From positions 3,057 through 41,201 of the forward strand of contig CAYNMB010000003.1 in assembly GCA_964398235.1 (NCBI GenBank): DNA of 38,145 nt, given 5' to 3'. Positions 1 to 9,134 of the stretch are shown one piece after another. The notes under the pieces were generated by a model. It did no database searches. It was not told where the DNA came from and saw nothing but the letters and a program-made list of their open reading frames with translations. The translations under genes and the position numbers were made by a program. The DNA is from an uncultured Candidatus Bathyarchaeia archaeon (lineage in GTDB: Archaea; Thermoproteota; Bathyarchaeia; Bathyarchaeales; DTEX01). Within the stretch, counting starts at the first letter, position 1, and every line of letters starts with the position of its first letter.

Positions 1-2
1 TT

Positions 3-71
3 GACGCTGTGAAAATAACATTACGTAATGCTTTAAATTTGATAGGTATAGAGGCACCAGAAAGAATGTAA
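3..71 (+). CDS. 3' end of an unidentified CDS entering from upstream of the window (last 22 codons DAVKITLRNALNLIGIEAPERM, then TAA)
   Basis: The frame is open from the window edge to TAA at 69-71 and is convergent with rps19. It is too short to assign a family. Confidence 0.3.
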   Translation, partial: DAVKITLRNALNLIGIEAPERM

Positions 72-116
72 AACAACATTAAATGAGAATAATGCTACTA
101 TAATATAACATGTTCC

Positions 117-512
117 CTACTTTAGAGGCACATACATGCTGCTTCTCGTTGCGCCTATTCCCGGCGTTCCATGCCTCACCGGCTTGTTCGTTATTGCGAA
201 TTCACCTAGATAGTGTCCTATCATCTCTGGCTTAATTTCCACTGGAACAAATTCTTTTCCATTGTGAACGTGGATTGTTATACCAACCATTTCAGGCAAT
301 ATTATCATGTCTCTTGCATGAGTCTTTATGGGTTTAGTGTAGATGCCTTCCTTAGCCATGCGAATCTTCTCTAAAAGCTTCCTTTTCTCATGAGATAGAG
401 TTCTCAGTAGGCTTCTCCTAGCGCGTGAGGGAAGTAGACGTATCACCTCATCCATCGGCATGTTTTGCAGCTCTTCGAGAGTGAAACCTCTATATCTGAA
501 CTCTCTAGGCAT
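117..512 (-). CDS. rps19: 30S ribosomal protein uS19 (archaeal S19p / eukaryotic S15 type)
   Basis: 131 aa. [16 protein letters not shown] at the N-terminus and [27 protein letters not shown] at the C-terminus are typical uS19. GGTGAT lies just upstream of the ATG. Confidence 0.95.
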   Translation of the reverse strand: MPREFRYRGFTLEELQNMPMDEVIRLLPSRARRSLLRTLSHEKRKLLEKIRMAKEGIYTKPIKTHARDMIILPEMVGITIHVHNGKEFVPVEIKPEMIGHYLGEFAITNKPVRHGTPGIGATRSSMYVPLK

Positions 513-656
513 GTTATCACCAGACCATTAAAAATGAATTATGCTTTTTAAATGTTGCTATTCTCTTTTCGGAGATTACCTAGAGCCCTAGCAACTTGTT
601 TTTATCAATAAAATCAGCTTTTCTGGCGCATTATATAAAAAATGTGAATTAAAGCA

Positions 657-2876
657 TTACTCTTCTTCAATGAATTCTTCTGGTCTCGGAGGCGTTGGGC
701 TCAATCCTTTCCTAGTGCGGATCTGCTTTATTATTTCCATCTGTAGCGAATCCGGCACTGGAGCCCATCTGCTAAATTGTGTCGCCCAGAAAGCTCTTCC
801 CTGAGTTGAAGATCTTAGCTCATCGGCAAGTCCAAAGGATTCGGCTACCGGCATCTCTGCCTTAACCAGCATGTAGTCTTCTTCGCTTGATAGATTTAAG
901 AGTCGCCCTCTTCTCTTTTGCACTATGGCTATTACCTGACTTACAAATTGATTTGGAACCTTGCAATCAAAGCTAATTATGGGTTCTAGAAGTTTTGGCT
1001 CACAAAGCAGGAAGCAACCCCATATTGGACGCCATGTCATGGGCATTATTTGCGCTGGTCCTCTGTGAACAGGATCTTCGTGAACCACTATATCTTCGAG
1101 ATTAACTTTAAGCCCATATGCTGGCTCCCTAGCCAATACGCATGAGTTAACAGCATCTCTAAAACCAGCTTTAACGTGTTCAATAACCTCTTCAACAAAC
1201 TGTCTACCTTTAATTCTATTGACAAGTACATTTGTTCCCTCAATTGCTATGACGTTTCGGGCGTCTTCAGCCGGCCAACCAAACTCCTTCATGAGAATCC
1301 TCTGTCTTTCATCCCGCTTCTGCATTTCAGAGATTTTTCCAGATCGTATGGCTTCTATAACATCCTCTGAAAGCTTTTCTATCGTAACCCACAGCCTATT
1401 GTGTTTGTTGGGGCTTTTACCCATAATTGGCGGCCCTCTATAATTTCGGCTAATAGTTTCACGGTAAATCACGATGGGTTTACTCATCCTAACCTTCAAG
1501 CCGGCTTCCTGCATCCTATATGCTGTAACCTCAAGGTGAAGTTCACCCATACCGCTTAAGAGATATTCACCGCTTTCCCTATTTACAGTGAAGCGTAGGT
1601 TTGGATCCTCAAGAGTTAGTTTTCGTATAACTTTGTCAAACAGCGGCAAGTCTCTAACATCTTCAGGTTCAATCGCAACCGTTACAACGGGCTCAGAAAC
1701 ATATTTTAGACTTTCAAATGGCGGGGTCTCAACGCCATCATCAGCAATCGTCTCTCCAACTTGGAGTGGCGGTAGCCCCGAAATAGCCGCTATGTTACCA
1801 GCAGGTATTTTGTCAACAACAACCCTATCAGCAGCCATGCTCATGTAAACCTGCTGTATGGTCGCTTTCTGTCCAGTTGTCACAAGCTGAACAACTTTTC
1901 CTCTCTCAACAGTTCCGCTGAAAACTCTTCCTATAGCGACTATCCCGCTGTGCGGATCAACTTCAATCGCTGTTACACACATCAGCAATGGACCTTTGGG
2001 ATCAACTTTAGCCATACCTATGCCAACCGGGCTCTTCGGGTCTCCAGGCCATATTTGCGTCTGCCTATATGGTTGGGCTTCCAGCGGATTCGGCAGATGT
2101 TCACAGAGCATGTTGAGAATTGGTTCCCAAAGCGGAACTTTTTTACTCAGCGCTCTAACTTTTTCGGCAACTTCCTCAGGTTCACCGGTATAGGCTTCAA
2201 TCACATCTTTAAATGTTATGCCTTTCTCCCTCATGTATGGTAAGTTGAAGCCCCACTTATGAAGAGCTGAACCAAAGGCAACTGTCCCGTTTTCGATCTT
2301 AACCTGCCAGTCTTTTTTATGCTCAGGGGGCGCATATTTTTCAATCAATTGATTTACTCTAACTATGATTTTTGCGAAGCGCTTCTGCATTTCCTGTGGA
2401 GTTAAGCGCAGCTCCTTTATCAATCTGTCAACTTTATTAATGTAGAGAAGTGGTTTAACCCTCTCACGCAATGCTTGCATTAACACAGTTTCTGTCTGGG
2501 TCATTGGTCCCTCAACGGCATCAACAACGACTAGTGCGCCGTCAACAGCTCTTAGGCTTCTTGTCACTGCTCCACTGAAGTCTATGTGCCCCGGAGTGTC
2601 AATTAGGTTTATGAGGTACTCCTTACCTTTATAGTTGTGAACTAAGCTTATGTTTGATGGGAAGACCGTCATCTGTCTTTTCTGCTCAAGCTCCCATGAG
2701 TCTAAGAAAAGTCTTTGACCAGCAACTTCCTCACTTATTATTCCGGCGGCGGCGAGTAGGCTATCTGAAAGCGTTGTTTTTCCGTGATCTACATGAGCGA
2801 TTATACTTGTATTTCTTATTCGCTCGGGATTATCCATTAACGCAAGTATTTCACTGATCTGTTTATAGCGTCCCAT
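657..2876 (-). CDS. fusA: Translation elongation factor 2 (aEF-2)
   Basis: 739 aa. GTPase motifs AHVDHGKTT, DTPGH and NKVD are present, along with the diphthamide-site motif HEDPVHRGPAQ. AAGGTGGG SD-like sequence lies about 14 nt upstream of the ATG. Confidence 0.97.
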   Translation of the reverse strand: MGRYKQISEILALMDNPERIRNTSIIAHVDHGKTTLSDSLLAAAGIISEEVAGQRLFLDSWELEQKRQMTVFPSNISLVHNYKGKEYLINLIDTPGHIDFSGAVTRSLRAVDGALVVVDAVEGPMTQTETVLMQALRERVKPLLYINKVDRLIKELRLTPQEMQKRFAKIIVRVNQLIEKYAPPEHKKDWQVKIENGTVAFGSALHKWGFNLPYMREKGITFKDVIEAYTGEPEEVAEKVRALSKKVPLWEPILNMLCEHLPNPLEAQPYRQTQIWPGDPKSPVGIGMAKVDPKGPLLMCVTAIEVDPHSGIVAIGRVFSGTVERGKVVQLVTTGQKATIQQVYMSMAADRVVVDKIPAGNIAAISGLPPLQVGETIADDGVETPPFESLKYVSEPVVTVAIEPEDVRDLPLFDKVIRKLTLEDPNLRFTVNRESGEYLLSGMGELHLEVTAYRMQEAGLKVRMSKPIVIYRETISRNYRGPPIMGKSPNKHNRLWVTIEKLSEDVIEAIRSGKISEMQKRDERQRILMKEFGWPAEDARNVIAIEGTNVLVNRIKGRQFVEEVIEHVKAGFRDAVNSCVLAREPAYGLKVNLEDIVVHEDPVHRGPAQIMPMTWRPIWGCFLLCEPKLLEPIISFDCKVPNQFVSQVIAIVQKRRGRLLNLSSEEDYMLVKAEMPVAESFGLADELRSSTQGRAFWATQFSRWAPVPDSLQMEIIKQIRTRKGLSPTPPRPEEFIEEE

Positions 2877-2923
2877 ACCTAAATCTTCCCACCTTAAACT
2901 ATGAGAGTTAACGTGAACATACT

Positions 2924-2936
2924 TTTATTTTTATAC
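2924..2936 (-). promoter_or_regulatory. Candidate TATA/BRE region for fusA
   Basis: On the minus strand this reads TATAAAAATAAAA, about 50-60 nt upstream of the fusA ATG. An SD-like AAGGTGGG lies in the implied leader. Sequence pattern only. Confidence 0.3.
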
Positions 2937-3244
2937 ATGTGTATTTTCACTCTTAAGTAGAGCTACATAAATGTGAGGGATGTTACCTATTAACTTTTTG
3001 TTTATTATCTCAATTTTAATTTTCTAGCGCCATAAAAGCTATTCCGTTTCTAAGAAGAACTGAAAAAGTTTCCTATAGTTTCAAGCATCGGAGTATACGT
3101 TTCATCCTAATGGCACATAAGCCAATAAACTGACGATAAAAAATTTAAGTCTGATTGATCCTTTTTATCTAAAATCTTTCCGTTAATTGAAAAGAAGGGA
3201 GATGGGTAACGAAAAAAGCTAGCCTAATAGAAAAAATTCAGAGG

Positions 3245-4123
3245 TTGAAGAGGGAGAAAAAGGCGGTTATATTAGCCCATAATTATCAGAGGCCTGAGAT
3301 TCAAGATATAGCGGATTTTATCGGTGACAGTCTAGGGTTATCACTTCATGCAACGCAGACGGATGCGAAGATAATTGTTTTTTGTGGTGTTAATTTTATG
3401 GCTGAGACAGCCGCCATCCTAAACCCAGATAAAACCGTCCTCATCCCAGATAAAAACGCCCTATGCCCAATGGCCTCAATGCTTCCAGCCGAACTCGTTA
3501 AACTTTATAGACGAAAGTATCCCGATGCGAAAGTTGTCCTATACGTGAATAGTCTAGCTGAAGCTAAAGCTCATTGTGATGCTGTTTGCACATCCGCCAA
3601 CTTTGCCGAAGTTATAAACAAAATTGATGGAGACCTCATCCTTTTCGGTCCTGACGCAAATTTAGCTAAATATGCGTCATTACATACAAGCAAGAAGATA
3701 ATTCCCATTCCCTCCATGGGCTTCTGTCCAGTACATAAAATGTTTAGGAAAGAAGATATTATGAGGTTGAAGCGCATTTATTCGGATGCTGAAATAATGG
3801 TTCATCCAGAATGCGATTTGAGCGTTTGCAAAATCGCTGACTTTGTTGGTAGCACATCAAGAATGTATAAGAGGGCTTTAGCCTCCGATGCAAAAAGGTT
3901 TATTGTTGCAACCGAGAAGGACTTCCTATGTAGGTTGAGAAAGGCTAGAAAAGATGCTGATTTCATACCAGCGCATGAGGACGCAATATGCGTAAACATG
4001 AAACTCCACACCCTAGAGAAAGTTTACATTTGTCTGAAAAACGAGAGGTATAAAGTTACCTTACCATCCAGGATAAGAGCTATGGCTAGAGATCCTATCG
4101 AATTTATGCTTAAGATTCATTAA
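3245..4123 (+). CDS. nadA: Quinolinate synthase NadA (start uncertain, see finding on 3191-3250)
   Basis: 292 aa from TTG 3245. AVILAHNYQRPEIQDIADFIGDS and VNFMAETA are present, with three Cys contexts (ALCPMA, GFCPVH, AICVNM) as in [4Fe-4S] NadA. NadA-like codons continue upstream without an in-frame start codon. Confidence 0.9.
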   Translation: MKREKKAVILAHNYQRPEIQDIADFIGDSLGLSLHATQTDAKIIVFCGVNFMAETAAILNPDKTVLIPDKNALCPMASMLPAELVKLYRRKYPDAKVVLYVNSLAEAKAHCDAVCTSANFAEVINKIDGDLILFGPDANLAKYASLHTSKKIIPIPSMGFCPVHKMFRKEDIMRLKRIYSDAEIMVHPECDLSVCKIADFVGSTSRMYKRALASDAKRFIVATEKDFLCRLRKARKDADFIPAHEDAICVNMKLHTLEKVYICLKNERYKVTLPSRIRAMARDPIEFMLKIH

Positions 4124-4140
4124 AGCATGCGGTAGAAAGA

Positions 4141-5589
4141 TTATCTTCTCATTTCTTCCCTTGTTCTAAATCTAGGTTTAATTTTCAAGCATCCGTAATC
4201 TCCAGTTACACAGGATGCGCATAGCTGGTCTTTCGGCAAGCCTATTCCCTTGCTAAGCCCCTCGATATCGTTATAGCCAACGAATGAAGCACCAATATAT
4301 TTAGTGACTATTTTATTAATTTCCTCAATCTTCATCGGAGCTCTACATAGCCTATATACTAGGAGCTCCTCCTGAGATGGAAAATCTATACCCATATAGC
4401 ATGGAAACATTATTGGCGGAAAAGTTAGAAGAAGGGACACTTCCTTCGCCCTCTTAAGTTTTTCCCTAATAATTATTCTTGAACTTGTACCTCTAACTAT
4501 GCTGTCATCTATCAAAACTATACGTTTACCCTCAATGACGTCTCTTATTGCAATTATGTTTAAAACTATACTTTCTCTTTTTTCTGGTTCGATGAAGCTT
4601 CTCCAGCTGCCCTTACGTTTATATCGATCCTTCATTAACCCCTCTTCAAAGGGTATACCGGATTTTTCGGAATATCCAAGCGCAGCGGGTCTAGCTGAGT
4701 CAGGAACAGGTATAACTATATCGGCATCTATAGGATATTTTTCGGCCAGAATTCTCCCAAGATTTTTTCTAGCCCTATAAACGTTAACGCCTTCTATATA
4801 TGAGCTGGGATGAGCGAAGTAAGTGTATTCAAAGGAGCAGTGCGCATGCCTCTTTTTACGAGCAAAATAACTGGACTCTAAGCCGTTTCTCCCTATTTTT
4901 ACTATTTCACCGGGCTCCACATCCCTCAATAATTTTGCCCCAATCGCCTCTAGAGCACAGCTTTCGGATGCTATCACATAAGATGAAGTTTCTTCATGCC
5001 AACCTAAACATAGGGGTCTAAAACCCATTTCATCTCTGACGCCTATAAGCTCGCCTTTAGACGTTAATATAACCACTGAAAAGGATCCATTTAGGTAGGG
5101 GTTTAATTCTCTGAATGCTTCACTCCAACTTTTACCTTTTTTTAATATTTTATAAAGTCCAACGCCCATGAGTTCCGTATCAACTATTCCATAAGGTGAG
5201 GAAAAACCGAAGTCTTTAAGAGTTTCAATCAAAACTTCTCTTTCAAGGGTTCCGTTATGGGCTATTCTAAAGCCATAATCGTCTAAGGGTTTTCCAATAT
5301 CTATTGGTTGTGCATATTCAATTGATGATTTGGCAGTCGTCGAATATCTCACATGCCCTATTCCCACGTTTCCTCTAATTTTCGAAATCTCTTCATGCTC
5401 AAACTCCACTGAACGGGAAACTACTCCATTCCTCTTAAATGTAACACAACCGTGAACAGCTATTCCCCAGGATTCTTGACCACGATGCTGAAGAGCCTCT
5501 AAACCAGTAATGAGCAAAGGAACTACATCATATCCTTCAAGAGAGAATATGCCAATTACTCCACACTTTTCCCGTGGAAACAGCATCAT
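4141..5589 (-). CDS. purF: Amidophosphoribosyltransferase (glutamine PRPP amidotransferase)
   Basis: 482 aa. A short propeptide MMLFPREK precedes the catalytic Cys in CGVIGIF. The PRTase loop IVLIDDSIVRGTS is present. The C-terminal CASCVTG Cys pair is typical of FeS-type PurF. Confidence 0.95.
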   Translation of the reverse strand: MMLFPREKCGVIGIFSLEGYDVVPLLITGLEALQHRGQESWGIAVHGCVTFKRNGVVSRSVEFEHEEISKIRGNVGIGHVRYSTTAKSSIEYAQPIDIGKPLDDYGFRIAHNGTLEREVLIETLKDFGFSSPYGIVDTELMGVGLYKILKKGKSWSEAFRELNPYLNGSFSVVILTSKGELIGVRDEMGFRPLCLGWHEETSSYVIASESCALEAIGAKLLRDVEPGEIVKIGRNGLESSYFARKKRHAHCSFEYTYFAHPSSYIEGVNVYRARKNLGRILAEKYPIDADIVIPVPDSARPAALGYSEKSGIPFEEGLMKDRYKRKGSWRSFIEPEKRESIVLNIIAIRDVIEGKRIVLIDDSIVRGTSSRIIIREKLKRAKEVSLLLTFPPIMFPCYMGIDFPSQEELLVYRLCRAPMKIEEINKIVTKYIGASFVGYNDIEGLSKGIGLPKDQLCASCVTGDYGCLKIKPRFRTREEMRR

Positions 5590-5658
5590 GTTCCTCAGAA
5601 CAAAACGATGAAAAGAAACATATTAATTCTTTGTGGTCAGAAAATTGTCAAAAAACAT

Positions 5659-6234
5659 CTATGCTTGACTAGAATATTTGGGGTTATCGGCTAAAGTCGG
5701 TTTTCCATTTTCCTCAACAACGATTTTCGCGAAGCCGGTTTTTTGTATGGCTACGTAATCATGACCAGCGTCAGATGGGTATATAGCCAAGAAGACAAGC
5801 TCCGTGTTGCTAGTGTTTACTGAGCGATGGGCAAAGCCCGGAGGGATATAGACCAAAACGTTTGGTTCTATTTTTAGGGCTCTGGTTTCGCCGCGTCTAT
5901 TCTGCATTAAAATTAAGCCTTCACCTTTCATTCCAATGTAAATTTCGCTTGTCGGCTCCTTAGCGTGGAAGTGTCCTTTAGTGAAGTAATATTCTTTTCC
6001 AATTTTCCCCGGATATATGATTGTGCAGCTTACGTTGAATTCGCCTTCTTTTTCTCGGGGCATTTCATACACGGTGTAGATTAATGGATCCTCGCCTTTC
6101 GAAAGCATTTCCTCAACTAAATGTTTATCTAAGAAATATTCTTTCATGTCGCTTAAGTGTCGCTCAACCTTGGTTTTATAGGGATTGATCCCATATTTAC
6201 CGCCTAATATGAGAGAAAACGGTTCACTGCTCAT
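5659..6234 (-). CDS. pgiA: Cupin-type glucose-6-phosphate isomerase (cPGI)
   Basis: 191 aa. Metal motif TKGHFHAKEPTSEIY and PPGFAHRSVN are present. The protein is colinear with the Pyrococcus furiosus cupin PGI as I recall it (GHFHAK...AEVY...AHRTVN...AIYPADAGHDY). Confidence 0.85.
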   Translation of the reverse strand: MSSEPFSLILGGKYGINPYKTKVERHLSDMKEYFLDKHLVEEMLSKGEDPLIYTVYEMPREKEGEFNVSCTIIYPGKIGKEYYFTKGHFHAKEPTSEIYIGMKGEGLILMQNRRGETRALKIEPNVLVYIPPGFAHRSVNTSNTELVFLAIYPSDAGHDYVAIQKTGFAKIVVEENGKPTLADNPKYSSQA

Positions 6235-6315
6235 CTTGAAGCCTTCCTAGAGATTAGGTGGAGGAAATAATCGCAACCACATTTTTAAGATTTACGCCTC
6301 ATTAAAGACTGACTG

Positions 6316-6945
6316 TTACAGTGAGTATTTCTTTAAATATTCCATTATTTTTCTGAAGTTTTCTTCGCTTATTTCACCAATCTCAAGAAGCTTATTAGCT
6401 ATTTCCGATATTGTTGATATGGATTTAACCCTATAGCCCATCTTTTCCAGATTTTTTCTTCCACCCTGCTCTCTATCAACCACAATCATTATGGTGTCTA
6501 TTATGCCGCCAGCCTCTTCAATCGGTTTTATTCCTTCAATTTTCGATCTTCCATCGGTGATCACGTCATCAAAGAAGATGAAGCGCTCTCCACTCTTAAT
6601 TTCTCCACCAACTATGCGCCCGGTTAAACCATACTTCTTAGATTCTTTTCTAACAACTATGCATGGAAGCCCAGCCTTACTCGCTATGTTGGGTATTAAA
6701 AGGGCTCCCTTCAATTCAATGGAAGCCAATTTATCTATTTTTCTCTCGGAGGCGATTTCACGTATTTCTTTAGCCACAACATCTGTAACAGCTTCAAACT
6801 CTCTAGGGGAAGACAGCAGCCAGCTTAAATCAATGTAGTATGGGCTCATTATGCCCGACTTTAGCTTAAAGCTACCAAATTTTAGGGCTTTCGATCTCAC
6901 TAGGCTTCTCGCTATTACAGCAAGTTTATCATTCATACTGCACAT
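6316..6945 (-). CDS. pyrE: Orotate phosphoribosyltransferase
   Basis: 209 aa. FGSFKLKSGIMSPYYIDL, the PRPP loop FIFFDDVITDGRS and VVDREQGG are present. A near-perfect SD GGAGTGATC sits in the 17-nt gap after the JAMM gene. Confidence 0.85.
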   Translation of the reverse strand: MCSMNDKLAVIARSLVRSKALKFGSFKLKSGIMSPYYIDLSWLLSSPREFEAVTDVVAKEIREIASERKIDKLASIELKGALLIPNIASKAGLPCIVVRKESKKYGLTGRIVGGEIKSGERFIFFDDVITDGRSKIEGIKPIEEAGGIIDTIMIVVDREQGGRKNLEKMGYRVKSISTISEIANKLLEIGEISEENFRKIMEYLKKYSL

Positions 6946-6962
6946 TGCGGATCACTCCTCTT

Positions 6963-7349
6963 TTAAACAATTTCATAGTTTAATGTCTTTCCTTCTCCAT
7001 CAATTATAATTATGTCATTCTCGGATCTATACGGGTATGCGGCTATAATCATTATTTTTCCATAGAAACTGTTGAGGTCACGTATGGATGGAGAAAGCGC
7101 GCCGGAGGGATGAGAGTGAGCTGTCCCCACTATTGAGAAATCTATTGGAAGCATGTATAAGGGGAAGGCTGAAAAAAATTTGCCTTTAACACTTAATGGT
7201 GGAAGTAAAACTTCATTAACTTCTATTACGTCTCTTTTCGTTTTTCCCCTAAGTAGAAGGATTCCTTCTCTAGGATGACATGCCCTAGCATAGCTTAAAA
7301 TGCTTTCTAACACAGAACGCTTCATAATTATGCGCTTCACATCAATCAC
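6963..7349 (-). CDS. JAMM/MPN+ family metalloprotease (stand-alone, about 120-128 aa)
   Basis: An upstream Glu lies in CHPREG. An exact JAMM motif HSHPSGALSPSIRD (HxHx7Sx2D) is encoded at 7077-7118. The start is uncertain: GTG 7349, GTG 7340 (AGGTGAT SD 4 nt upstream) or ATG 7325. Confidence 0.8.
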   Translation of the reverse strand: MIDVKRIIMKRSVLESILSYARACHPREGILLLRGKTKRDVIEVNEVLLPPLSVKGKFFSAFPLYMLPIDFSIVGTAHSHPSGALSPSIRDLNSFYGKIMIIAAYPYRSENDIIIIDGEGKTLNYEIV

Positions 7350-7406
7350 CTAAAGCCATCTATAGATTGATTTGAGGGCTAAAAATAATCTTCAATTTAA
7401 TCGTCT

Positions 7407-9086
7407 TCATATTTCAGCCTTCGCTTTTCTATAAAATTGGCTTCGATAAATTTTTCGCACAGTCTCTATGGTATCCGCCTCTTCCGGCATTTTATCATCT
7501 CTTATTCTCGTTATTCTTGCAAATCTTAACGCCATTCCAGACTCGTATTTTGGACTCTTCTGAATCTCGTTGTAGGCGACTTCAACAACAATTTTAGGCA
7601 AAACTATAACCCTATTTCCCTCAGATTTTATGGCTATCTCCTTTAAACGCCTGGTCATTTCGGCTATCTCGTTATCCGTTAAGCCCTTAAAGGTTTTACC
7701 TACCACTGTGAATCTGTCACCATCTCTAGCGGCCAGATAATAGTCTGAAAGCCATTTGTGCCTTCTGCCATATCCATATTCGGCTGCAACTATGACTAGA
7801 TCAAGCGGCGGTAAAACCTCTTTAATTTTAAGCCAGTGTTTGCCGCGTACACCTGGAAAATATGGGCTGTCAATTCTTTTCGCCATTAATCCTTCATGCC
7901 CTTCATTGACGGCTTTTTTGAGGAATGATTCAGCCTCTGAGATGTTGCTAGTTATGATTTGCTTGGTTAGCGGTATGTTTCCAGCAATTTCCTTAAGTCT
8001 ATTCCTCCTTTCAATGTAAGGAGTTTTAATCATGTTTTCTCCATCAACATAGAGAATATCAAAGAGATAGAACTCCACTGGAATCTTTTTGGCAATCTCA
8101 TCTATTCTATGTATTCTTTTGAAGCGGCGCATCAGATGTTGAAAGGGTAGGGGTCTTCCATCATTACCAACGGCTATTACCTCCCCCTCAAGTATGACTT
8201 CTTTCGCTTTGACTTCATTGCGGGCTAGGGTAACAATCTCGGGAAGGCTTCTAGTGACATCGGTAAGCCTACGACTGAAGATTCTAACCTCACCATTGGA
8301 CATGTGAATCTGAATCCTAGCGCCATCAAGCTTATATTCAAGCGCCGTCTTTCCTCCATGTTCTTCAAAAACCTCCCTTAAACTACCTGCCATTTGGGCG
8401 AGCATAGGCTTAATCGGCCTAAAAATTTTAAAGCCCAGATTTAATATTCCGTTCACACCATGCTTTTTGCAGAGAACCGCAACCTCAGCCACGTCACCGG
8501 TCAGCATTGAAGCTGTTTGAACTTCCTTAAGTGGAATCGAGAAGGCTTCTGAAACCGCCGCCTCCATTAAACCCTCCTGAAATCCTGTTCTCATTTCACC
8601 AATCATTATCTTAACAAGATATTTTGCTTCCAATGGCGTTGCGCGGCTCAGCAAGGATTCCACTAATCTCTCTTTTCGCTCTCTAGACCCTTGACCCTTG
8701 GATTCCGCGATGCGCTCGAATATTCTTCTAACTTCGAGTAGTGTGAGCGGTTTCTCAATAAGCGTGGATTGTCTATGAGCAACACTGTTCTCAAAAATTA
8801 TTTTGACTGCCGCTCCAACATCACCTGTGTTTCTAAAAGCTGAATAAAAATTGTTCCATGTGGGTCCAGAGAGGCGTCTAATTACGTTTCTCAGCGTCGC
8901 CCAGCTCACATCGAGAGTTCTTTGATCATACTTTGGGAAGGGTCTCCCAAGAATCATCGATATGGCTGGCTCAATCTCATCCTCACTTAAATTTTTTAGA
9001 AAATCAGCGACGATTCTTATCATGACATTACGCTTAGTTAGCTTCTCAAGTTTCTCGCAGACATCCACCAGTGATTTAAACTCCAC
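7407..9086 (-). CDS. lig: ATP-dependent DNA ligase
   Basis: 559 aa with a GTG start preceded by GGAGGG. The adenylation motif LEYKLDGAR is present, along with EGLMAK and WLKIK. The length is typical of archaeal Lig. Confidence 0.95.
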   Translation of the reverse strand: MEFKSLVDVCEKLEKLTKRNVMIRIVADFLKNLSEDEIEPAISMILGRPFPKYDQRTLDVSWATLRNVIRRLSGPTWNNFYSAFRNTGDVGAAVKIIFENSVAHRQSTLIEKPLTLLEVRRIFERIAESKGQGSRERKERLVESLLSRATPLEAKYLVKIMIGEMRTGFQEGLMEAAVSEAFSIPLKEVQTASMLTGDVAEVAVLCKKHGVNGILNLGFKIFRPIKPMLAQMAGSLREVFEEHGGKTALEYKLDGARIQIHMSNGEVRIFSRRLTDVTRSLPEIVTLARNEVKAKEVILEGEVIAVGNDGRPLPFQHLMRRFKRIHRIDEIAKKIPVEFYLFDILYVDGENMIKTPYIERRNRLKEIAGNIPLTKQIITSNISEAESFLKKAVNEGHEGLMAKRIDSPYFPGVRGKHWLKIKEVLPPLDLVIVAAEYGYGRRHKWLSDYYLAARDGDRFTVVGKTFKGLTDNEIAEMTRRLKEIAIKSEGNRVIVLPKIVVEVAYNEIQKSPKYESGMALRFARITRIRDDKMPEEADTIETVRKIYRSQFYRKAKAEI

Positions 9087-9134
9087 AATAGCCCTCCGTT
9101 GAGAAGCATATTCGCCGTCTAAGTTTTCTATAGC

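Noticed and set aside
6316-7349. JAB/JAMM plus PRTase adjacency as a possible phage-defence-like effector pair.
   Set aside because: The PRTase carries the full OPRT signature (FGSFKLKSGIMSPYYIDL, DDVITDG, VVDREQGG) and sits among purF, pgi and lig housekeeping genes. Canonical pyrE is the economical reading.
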